43,510 nt of DNA, taken from contig JBCCSR010000001.1 of assembly GCA_039199865.1 (NCBI GenBank), forward strand, positions 1 to 43,510, given 5' to 3'. Position numbers and translations under genes: made by a program. The DNA is from Bacteroidota bacterium. Its GTDB lineage: Bacteria; Bacteroidota; Bacteroidia; Chitinophagales; Saprospiraceae. Each line of letters begins with the position of its first letter. Positions within the stretch are counted from its first letter, which is position 1. The notes beneath the pieces are model-generated. The model was not told where the DNA came from. It saw nothing but the letters and a program-made list of their open reading frames with translations, and searched no databases. This document shows, piece by piece, positions 23,268 through 31,500 of the stretch.

Positions 23268-26195
23268 TTATTTAAGTACACTTTTCAAATATTGGATGAT
23301 GTCTTCATGTCCTGCCTCCTTGGCTACATCCAACACACTCATTCCCTTTTCCGTACTGTGGCGAGGATCTGCTCCTCGATTGACCAGCAAAGTAACCAAA
23401 TGTAGGTTACCCGTTGTCACGGCTTCCATGAGTGGAGACCAAGATTGGTGGCGAATCACCTGATCTTCCATCAAATTGTTGATCTTTTTTTCTATACCCT
23501 GATTGATGTTGGCACCGTTGTCTAGCAGGATTTCAACGATTTCCTCTTCCTCTTCATCAATGGCCTCAAACAAGGAGGTCCAACCTTTTAGGATGTATAC
23601 AATTGCTTTTTCACCATATACAGTGGTTTGATTTCTATTGGCTTGACTATTGACATTTGCTCCTCTATCGATCAGGAGTTGAGTCAATTCTTGAATGCCC
23701 TCGGAACTGGCCTCCATTAAAGCAGTCCAACCATTTTCCGTTTTGGCATTTACCTCCGCGCCATTGTCTAACAGATATCTTACGATATGTATATTCCCTT
23801 CTTCTACCGCCTCCATCAAAGCCGTTGTTCCGTAATCATTGGTGACATTGATATCGGCGCCATTGCTAACGATCAATTGAACAATTTCCAAATGTCCTTC
23901 ATCGACGGCCTCCATCAAAGCAGAGCGATGTTTTCCATCATGCGAAACCTTTGCTCCCTTTTCTATCAGTTTTTCTACAATGGGGAGATGCCCTTCGTCC
24001 ACGGCTTCTGTGAGTGCTGTTCTTCCCGTATCGGTAAGTACATTTATTTTTGCACCCTTGCTCAGCAGTAGTTCGACCAATTCTAAATGTCCTTCATCCA
24101 CAGCTTCCATCAATGGTGTCCATCCTTCTGCTGTGACTGCATTGACATCCATTCCATTATCCAGTAATTTTTCCACAACTTGGATATTTCCTTCATCCGT
24201 TGCATGAAAAAGGGCATTCCAGCCATGTTGGTCTTTTGCTTGGGTATCGGCACCGTTGTCCAATAATAGTTGTACCATTTCTGGGTGTCCTTCATCCGCA
24301 GCTTCCATCAATGCTGTCCATCCTCCTGCTGTTGCTGCGTTGACATCGGCTCCCCTTTTCAATAGTATTTTGGCAATGCGAAGGTGACCTTCTTCTGCCG
24401 CTTCGATCAAAGGAGAAATTTGGTTTTTGTGATAGGTCTGATTGATTTCCGCTCCATTGTCAAGTAATACTTCCATGACCGCGAGATGGTCCTCGCTTAC
24501 CGCTACCATAAAAGCCGTTCTTCCGTGCTTATCTTTGAGTTGAATATCTGCTCCGGCTTTGATCAGTAAGCGGGTAATGTCTGCGCTACCTTCGTCTGCT
24601 GCCTCGTGTAAGGGAGTCCATTTGGCCTTAGTTCCCAAGTTGGGCTTTGCTCCTTTTTCCAACAACAATTGGACGATGTTGGCATCTCCTTCGTCTACAG
24701 CCTCCAAAAGTGGGGTCCAACCTCTTTTGGTTTGTCCATTGACGTTCACTCCTTTTTCCAGTACAAAACGAACGATATCAATATCTCCGTCGTCTATGGC
24801 TCGGAGTAAAACCGTGAGATCATCTGTTGCTTTGGAAAGTTCAGTATTGGATGGTTTTGCTACAGTGCCTCCAGCGACCATCTGTGTATTGTCTCTAATG
24901 ACGACGTCCTCTTTATCCTCTTGCATCTCCTCTGACGGAGTGCTTTCATCTGAAGGAGTAGGCGGTTGTGTGGTATTGCTATCCTCGCTTCCTTCCGAAG
25001 CGGCTAAAGTATTTGGATCGGTATCTTTTGTATTTTCCAATGAGAGAGGGGGAGCAAGGGTTTTCTCGATTTCAATAGTGCTAAGCGGTTCAATGTCGTT
25101 GCCGAAAACTTTAGCTGAACTAAAACTTAGCGCCAAGATGCCCGCGATTAGAATAAGGGCAGTTACAAAGCCTTCTTTGAAATCGGCAAAGCGCGTTGGT
25201 TGATTGAAGAGGCGTTTGACTCGGTTACTAAAGCTATGTCTTACTCCAGTGAAAGCAACAGCGGGAATGCCTGCTTGCAATTGCTGCTCTTGCAAAAGAA
25301 TGAGCGTCTTAGCATACTCCGTTGTCTCTCCGGTTAATGAAATGGCCAAGTCGTCGCAGCAATTTTCTCTTTCATTGCGGATAGCAGAAGAGATCCACCA
25401 AACACCCGGATGAAAGAAAAATAAAATTTCCATGAGTGATTGAATGAGGTTTACCGAATAGTCATGCCTTTTGATATGTGCCAATTCGTGGATGAGGATG
25501 GCTTCAATTTGTTGGGTCGACAAACCACTAAGTATTTTGGCGGGAAGCAAAACGACGGGCTTGATAAAACCAATGGCCATTGGCGTCGGAGCGATGGGAG
25601 AATACAAGTAGCGAATACTTTGACGAATGCCCAATTTTTCTTCAAAAATTTGCGCTTTCTCCTGCCAGGATGCTGGAAGTGGAGTTGTTTTGTAATGTTT
25701 GAGTCTTTGAACATAACCCAAACCTCCCAAAAAGCGCAAGAGTAAAATGAGGACTCCGAAGAGCCATAGGGTCACTAAAAGCGGAATGTGTTGGGCAAAG
25801 TAGTTTTGTAGGTTGTCCAAAAATCCTACTTCATGACCAGTTGCTGTCGTTTCGTTCTCAAGGAGTACCACTGGATGATCTGTAGTATTTTTTTCTTTCG
25901 CAGTTCCTTCAAGTGCTTTTGTTGAACCTTTGGGCAAAGTGAAAGTTTGTTCGGTGGCCAGGGTGGTGGCTTGTGGAGATTGGTTCAGTACAAAGCTAAG
26001 CACAGTACTACAAAACAGGAGTAGGAGTACCAAAAAGGAAACGATGTAACGGGTGGTTGAGGAATACCGCCGCATTAATATCAATAAAGTCGCTAAAATG
26101 ATGGCGGCCAAAGCACCTTGCCAAAGCGAGTGAATCAAGGTCCAACCCAAGGCTTGGACCACACTGTCGGATAGAAAGGATTGAATGGTATTCAT
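23268..26195 (-). CDS. M56-family (BlaR1/MecR1-like) membrane metalloprotease fused to 15 C-terminal ankyrin repeats
   Basis: The N-terminus is typical of BlaR1 (ALGWTLIHSLWQGALAAIIL). A zinc motif (IHELAHIKRHD) follows the third hydrophobic segment, and a fourth TM (FVTALILIAGILALSF) comes next. An acidic S/T/P/E-rich linker then leads into 33-aa repeats (GWTPLLEAVDEGDANIVQLLLEKGAKPN etc.). Confidence 0.9.
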   Translation of the reverse strand: MNTIQSFLSDSVVQALGWTLIHSLWQGALAAIILATLLILMRRYSSTTRYIVSFLVLLLLFCSTVLSFVLNQSPQATTLATEQTFTLPKGSTKALEGTAKEKNTTDHPVVLLENETTATGHEVGFLDNLQNYFAQHIPLLVTLWLFGVLILLLRFLGGLGYVQRLKHYKTTPLPASWQEKAQIFEEKLGIRQSIRYLYSPIAPTPMAIGFIKPVVLLPAKILSGLSTQQIEAILIHELAHIKRHDYSVNLIQSLMEILFFFHPGVWWISSAIRNERENCCDDLAISLTGETTEYAKTLILLQEQQLQAGIPAVAFTGVRHSFSNRVKRLFNQPTRFADFKEGFVTALILIAGILALSFSSAKVFGNDIEPLSTIEIEKTLAPPLSLENTKDTDPNTLAASEGSEDSNTTQPPTPSDESTPSEEMQEDKEDVVIRDNTQMVAGGTVAKPSNTELSKATDDLTVLLRAIDDGDIDIVRFVLEKGVNVNGQTKRGWTPLLEAVDEGDANIVQLLLEKGAKPNLGTKAKWTPLHEAADEGSADITRLLIKAGADIQLKDKHGRTAFMVAVSEDHLAVMEVLLDNGAEINQTYHKNQISPLIEAAEEGHLRIAKILLKRGADVNAATAGGWTALMEAADEGHPEMVQLLLDNGADTQAKDQHGWNALFHATDEGNIQVVEKLLDNGMDVNAVTAEGWTPLMEAVDEGHLELVELLLSKGAKINVLTDTGRTALTEAVDEGHLPIVEKLIEKGAKVSHDGKHRSALMEAVDEGHLEIVQLIVSNGADINVTNDYGTTALMEAVEEGNIHIVRYLLDNGAEVNAKTENGWTALMEASSEGIQELTQLLIDRGANVNSQANRNQTTVYGEKAIVYILKGWTSLFEAIDEEEEEIVEILLDNGANINQGIEKKINNLMEDQVIRHQSWSPLMEAVTTGNLHLVTLLVNRGADPRHSTEKGMSVLDVAKEAGHEDIIQYLKSVLK
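23271..24824 (-). repeat. Array of ~15 near-consensus ankyrin repeats (protein level) within the M56 gene
   Basis: The unit G-W/R-T-x-L-M/L-E-A-x-D-E-G-H-x-x-I/V-V-x-L-L-L-x-x-G-A-x-V/I-N recurs from aa 458 to the C-terminus. Two repeats carry insertions. Confidence 0.85.
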
Positions 26196-26584
26196 TGGTC
26201 TTTACTTTTTTCGATTGACTTAATGTATTTTTTGAGGGCTTTAATTTCTTCGGCTGAGGTTTTGTAATTGCCAAGTGCTTTCATGACCATACGCAAAGCA
26301 GAACCACCAAAAGTTTTGTGGAGGAATTTATCTAACAAAACACTTTGGGTTTCATCTTCTTGTACAATGGCTTGGTAAATGTGTTTCCTGCCCGCAGCTT
26401 CACGGGTGAGCATGCCTTTTTCCCACATGACTTGCATTGTCTTTAGGGTAGTAGTATAAACGACCTCTTTCTCTTCTGCCAATTTTTCGTGAACCATCTT
26501 TACCGCGTTTGGACCATTCTCCCAAAGAATTTGGAGGATGGCCAGTTCTGATGGTGTGGGGTTGAGTTTTTCTTGATTTCCCAT
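26192..26584 (-). CDS. BlaI/MecI/CopY-family winged-helix transcriptional repressor
   Basis: 130 aa with the penicillinase-repressor pattern (ELAILQILWENGPNAVKMVHEKL..VVYTTTLKTMQVMWEKGMLTREAAGRKHIYQA). Its stop overlaps the M56 start as ATGA (26192-26195), the classic blaI-blaR1 arrangement. Confidence 0.9.
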   Translation of the reverse strand: MGNQEKLNPTPSELAILQILWENGPNAVKMVHEKLAEEKEVVYTTTLKTMQVMWEKGMLTREAAGRKHIYQAIVQEDETQSVLLDKFLHKTFGGSALRMVMKALGNYKTSAEEIKALKKYIKSIEKSKDQ

Positions 26585-26609
26585 CGAATTTCTTTTTGAA
26601 ATGAGTAAC

Positions 26610-26681
26610 TACGATTTTTATCGTATTACAAAAGTACGATCTTTCTCGTAATAAGCAAATTTTATTACGATTTTTTTCGTA
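26610..26681. promoter_or_regulatory. Three 16-bp dyads TACGA-N6-TCGTA (candidate BlaI operators) in the divergent blaI / M20 intergenic region
   Basis: The dyads are TACGATTTTTATCGTA (26610-26625), TACGATCTTTCTCGTA (26635-26650) and TACGATTTTTTTCGTA (26666-26681). All have perfect 5-bp arms, an identical spacer length and T-rich spacers. Confidence 0.6.
26629..26659 (-). promoter_or_regulatory. Candidate Bacteroidetes-type promoter for blaI (-33 TTTG / -7 TAnnTTTG)
   Basis: On the - strand, TTTG lies at 26659-26656 and TACTTTTG at 26636-26629, separated by 19 nt. The -7 box abuts dyad 2, and the predicted start would fall in dyad 1. Confidence 0.4.
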
Positions 26682-26746
26682 GTAAATGTTGACCATCGCC
26701 TCTTTAGTTGTTTTTTCGCCCCTAGTCACTTATCTTAGTTCCAAAG

Positions 26747-28291
26747 ATGAACACCATGAAAATTCGATTTTTTATTTCCAGTCTAGCCATTCTGTTGGCC
26801 CAGGGTCTTCTCGCCCAATCGGTAGATGGAGCGATTGATACAGGCCACGAAACCTATGCTTATGCCAAGACTTCCTTAAATCAGTTTAAAACTTTATTGG
26901 CCATTCCCAACGATGCCAATTTTCCCGATGACATTGAAAAAAACGTCACTTGGTGTGTGGATCAATTGGTGCGTTATGGTTTTCGGAGCAAGCGCTTGGA
27001 GACGCCTTCGGTTCCTTTGCTTTTGGCAGAGCAGGAAGAAATACTCCCCAATCAACCAACGATCCTCTACTATTTTCATATCGATGGCCAACCTGTTGAT
27101 CCTAGCTTTTGGCATCAAGACAGTCCCTATCAGGCGACTTTAAAAGAGGAGCGAGAGGGAGAAGGCTGGGTTCCCATTGATTGGACAAAATTGCAGGAGA
27201 AAGACTTAAATCCAGACTGGCGTATTTTTGCTCGTTCGGCCTCTGACGATAAATCGCCCTTTGTCATGTTTCTAGCGGCCTTGGAAACGATGATGACAAA
27301 GGGGAAGTCCATTCCTTATAATCTGAAAGTTGTCTTGGATTTCGAAGAAGAAAAAGGATCACCCAACTTGGCCAGTGCCGTCAAGGAGTACAAGCAAGAT
27401 CTCTTCGCAGATATGCTTTTGATTTACGATGGTCCCAAGCATTTGAGTAATGAACCGACCATTACTTTTGGCGCCCGAGGGATTGCCAAATTTACCCTCA
27501 AAACCTTCGGACCCACCTTTCCGCAACACAGCGGGCATTATGGCAACTACGCTCCCAATCCCGCTTTGCGCTTGTCTCAATTATTGGCGAGCATGAAAGA
27601 TGAGAGAGGTCGGGTAAGGATTCCTGGTTTTTATGATGGCATTCATTTGGACGAAAAAACCAAGGCCATTTTGGCGGCCGTTCCAGATGATGAAAAAACG
27701 ATTCGAGTCAAGCTAGGTGTGGGAGAGGTCGACTTAGTGGGCGCCAATTATCAAGAGGCATTGCAATATCCATCTTTGAATATTCGTGGTCTTTCTTCTG
27801 CTTGGGTAGGGAAGGAGGCTCGAACCATTGTGCCAGCATCGGCGGTGGCAGAAGTTGATATTCGGCTGGTGGTCGAATCTGATCCTTATCGTTTGCTAGA
27901 CTTGGTGAAAAAACATATTGAACAGGCAGGATATTTTGTCATTGATCGAAAACCCAATTCAAGAGAGCGCTTCATGCATCCGAAGATTGCACAGTTCAAC
28001 AGCGCGGTTTCCTATCGGGCTTTTCGGACGGAGTTCGATTCGGATTTGGGACTTTGGGTCTATGCCGCCCTCAAAGAAATGTACGGCAAAGATCCCATTC
28101 GGCAACGTACTTCGGGAGGTAGCTTGCCCACCACTCCTTTCATCAACACCCTCGATATTCCCGCCGTGATCGTTCCGCTGGTGAATAAGGACAACAATCA
28201 GCACAGCCCCAACGAAAACCTTCGCTTGGGCAATTATTTTGATGGTGTCAAAACGATTTACGCCTTACTGAATCGGCCCTTTCCTGGGTAG
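26747..28291 (+). CDS. Secreted M20/M25/M40-family metallopeptidase (dipeptidase/carboxypeptidase-like)
   Basis: A signal peptide is present (MKIRFFISSLAILLAQGLLAQ). M20 metal and catalytic motifs are seen: YYFHIDGQPVD, ARSASDDKSP, DFEEEKGSP and NNQHSPNE. Confidence 0.85.
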   Translation: MNTMKIRFFISSLAILLAQGLLAQSVDGAIDTGHETYAYAKTSLNQFKTLLAIPNDANFPDDIEKNVTWCVDQLVRYGFRSKRLETPSVPLLLAEQEEILPNQPTILYYFHIDGQPVDPSFWHQDSPYQATLKEEREGEGWVPIDWTKLQEKDLNPDWRIFARSASDDKSPFVMFLAALETMMTKGKSIPYNLKVVLDFEEEKGSPNLASAVKEYKQDLFADMLLIYDGPKHLSNEPTITFGARGIAKFTLKTFGPTFPQHSGHYGNYAPNPALRLSQLLASMKDERGRVRIPGFYDGIHLDEKTKAILAAVPDDEKTIRVKLGVGEVDLVGANYQEALQYPSLNIRGLSSAWVGKEARTIVPASAVAEVDIRLVVESDPYRLLDLVKKHIEQAGYFVIDRKPNSRERFMHPKIAQFNSAVSYRAFRTEFDSDLGLWVYAALKEMYGKDPIRQRTSGGSLPTTPFINTLDIPAVIVPLVNKDNNQHSPNENLRLGNYFDGVKTIYALLNRPFPG

Positions 28292-28440
28292 TGAAGTACT
28301 CTCGAAAAACGCAATTTTTTGTGGGAGATCAAAGATCAATGGATAAAGAAGCAATTGTTGAGCTAATCTGTACTACCTTAAGTGATTTACCGGCCTCTTG
28401 TAAAGAGGAACTCATTTCAAGGTCTGATTTGGTATTTACT

Positions 28441-28483
28441 AAAAAGAAAAAAATCCCGAACCTTCTCGCAAAAGATTCGGGAT
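28441..28483 (-). terminator. Intrinsic terminator for the - strand CotH-family gene
   Basis: atcccgaa (28453-28460) pairs with ttcgggat (28476-28483). Read on the - strand, the hairpin is followed by TTTTTTCTTTTT (complement of 28441-28452). It starts 30 nt after the stop at 28513. Confidence 0.7.
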
Positions 28484-28512
28484 CCCCCTATTTGGGATTT
28501 TTTATCAAGGAT

Positions 28513-31500
28513 TTATTGCACCGTAAATTTTAAGGTAAATCGTTCGCCATTTTCATTGATGAGGCGTAGTAGGTACATTCCTCTTGAATAGTCGTTGAGT
28601 TGATGTCTGATGATTGGTTGGCCCAAATTCACGTTTTGCACAAATAGACGTTGTCCAGCCATATTGAAAATCTCAAGCTGACGAATGGCAATATCTGAGT
28701 CAAGAGATTCAATCATCAAATGATCTCTGGCAGGGTTTGGATAAACGTGGAAACCTTGATGGCTTACCTTGTTTGCAATAGTTTTGTTTGCAACATCCCC
28801 GGAATGCTCGGATCTTTGTACAACATCACTGCTAATGACAGAGATCGTATAATCTTCTACTTCTCCAAATTCAAACAATTCACAAGCAGCGGCGTAATTC
28901 CCCCGACTCATGGAAACCCTCATACGGGTATTTCCAGCCAGTGCATCTACGGGAATACTCACATTGTCCGTAAGTGGCAATACGTCGGACCCACCTTGCT
29001 GGGCTGGACGAATGTAGGCATAGACCAGCTCGTTGGGATCGTTGAAATCAAAATCTTGGTTAAAGTCGATCCACACCTGAAAATAGGTATCGTACTGGGT
29101 CCAACTAAACTCAGGTTGGATGCTCATGGGGTAAGTTGACCCCGCTTCTACCAGAGCACTAAGGTCCGTAAAATCGGCATAGCCCTCTTTTCCAGAGCTT
29201 TGGTTGAGGTTGCCAAAACTAAAATTACCAATGTACTCCTCCCAGGGTTTGTCCCCTTCTGATGCACAATAATCGCCATTGCTGACTTCGGGTAAAACGG
29301 TAAGGGCAAAAGAACAGCTGACCAAGTTAGCACAAGCATCGGTAGCCTCATAAGAAATCGTGTAATTGCCAACGGGGAAGAAACTACCCAGTGGAGCTCC
29401 TTGCGTTTGGTTCACTTCAATTGCTCCTAAACAATTGTCATTACTGGCCTGAGGCAAATTCCAAAAAACTTCGGTACCCGTTGCTCCGGAAGGAGCGAAT
29501 ACCGTGATATCGTCTGGACAAGTGATGGCTAAATTTTGCGGATTTCCCTCTACGGTGATGTCGAAGCTACACTGAGTAAAGCCACCGCAATTGTCGCTGG
29601 CCTCATAGCTAACTGTATACGTTCCTGCGGTCAATGCCGCACCATTAGCGGGGCCACTACTTTGCTGAATTTGTAAACCACTTTCATCCGCACAATCCAA
29701 CTCCAATAGATAATATTTAAAAACGGCATTGCTGTACCAATTCCAGCGAGCATTCCAAGGTTGGAAATAAGCGAAGTTGTTGCTTGCATTGTTGTCGTTG
29801 GTTGGCTCAATATTGCTGTAAGTCACGGCATCTCCATTGACCCACTCCGGATTGCCTTCACTATTGAAATCGCTAAGTCCAATGTATACTTTGACGGCAA
29901 CATTATTGGCGATGAAAGCATTCTCCTCCGCATCATTGATAACGGCGAGATGGCCTCCTAAAGCAAGGCAATTGGCTTGAGCAGTCGTCCAACGCACTTT
30001 TTGTTCGGAAAGATAATATTCATGCCCTTCGTAAGTTCCGACGAAAGTGAAACCCGCTAAATTGGTACCGCAGTTGGGATTGACTAGCCCTCCTTCTTCG
30101 CAATTGGTACTAGCGACGGGGCCATCCCAATTGACCGCAACGGATTCGGCACCCAGCGGCAAAACCAAACTGATATCCTCCGGACAACTTAAATCAATAC
30201 CACTATTTCCGTCGATAATCTCCACCTGAAAATTGCATTCCATCTGATTGCCGCAATCATCGCTGATGCGGTAAGTCACTGCGTAAGTACCAATGGCCAG
30301 ATCAGTTCCACTGGCGGGCCCATCAATTTGTGCGACACTAACTGTCCCAATTCCACAAGTACTGTTGGCACTTGGGGCCGACCAATTGGCCATAGCCGAG
30401 TTGGCTCCTTGCGCAGTCGTCACTGCTAAATTATCTGGACATTCTACGGTTAAGGTACCAGTATCCACGATTACCTTCACTTCGAATGAACAGGCACTGG
30501 TGTTGCCACATTCGTCACTTACTTCGTAGCTTACGGTAGTGGTTCCGATTGGAAAAAACTGCCCACTATTTGGTCCTGCGGTTTGGATCAGATTGGTTAC
30601 GCCACTAGCACAAACGGTGATGGCAGGATCCAGCGTCCAAGTCACTAATTCTCCCGTAGCACCTGGAAGTACGAATATTTCAATGTCTGTAGGACAGAAA
30701 AGGGCCAATCCTCCTTGATTGATGGCACCAGGAGTTGCTGGAAAACCCGCCCAAGAAGCTGCTAATGCATTGTCCAAATTGGCTTGGATGAGTTGGAGGG
30801 TAGGTCCTTCCCCATCTGCGGCGGTAGGCCATGGACTTTTGTCATCGTACTCCACTTCATCGATCAGTAAACCGGCGGCATTTTTTAGGGTAATGCGTTC
30901 TCCTTTTCCACTCAGACCAAAAGCATTGGGACCTTCTCCAAAGCTACCGAATACCTGGTCCACCTCGGGATAAATACTGTTGAAAGCCAGCGCATCTTCA
31001 GCTAAGACAAAATAGGCTCCGGCTTCCATAATGGTATTGGCGGGAAAACCATAAAACTCGCCACTTTCATCCTCCAAGTACCAAGCAGAGATGTCTACGG
31101 CAAAATTGTTGGGGTTGTAGAGCTCGATCCAATCGGCGGGGTCTGGGGTATCGGGAGAGTTGTAATTGATTTCGTTGATGACAATGGCGTCCGTACTGGT
31201 AGAACCTAGTGTAAAATTAGCGGTAAGGTTTTCCGTACTAGCATTGATGGGAACGGAAACGGCTAGGGTATTGCCATTGGCTGCTCCGGACCAGCTGTCA
31301 AAAAGATAGCCTCTTGCGGGTTGAGCCGTAGCCGGTACATTGTTTCCACGGAAGTAAATGCCTTGCCAGGGAAAAAGCGCAGGACCCACGTTTAGCGTAC
31401 TCCACTGAATGCTTCCTCCCTCTGCTGGATTTGCATTGAGGGTCACAGTTGCTTGTCCATTGATTTCACCGAAGTTGTCCGCAAAATGTTCGCGTACTTC

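Noticed and set aside
28291-28533. 80-aa GTG-initiated ORF in the convergent gap after the M20 peptidase
   Set aside because: It uses a non-ATG start overlapping the peptidase stop, runs through the terminator hairpin and into the 3' end of the CotH-family gene, and has low-complexity sequence.
29700-30100. C-type lectin fold as a possible diversity-generating retroelement (DGR) target
   Set aside because: There is no reverse transcriptase, no template-repeat/variable-repeat pair and no adenine-specific mismatch pattern visible anywhere in the window.
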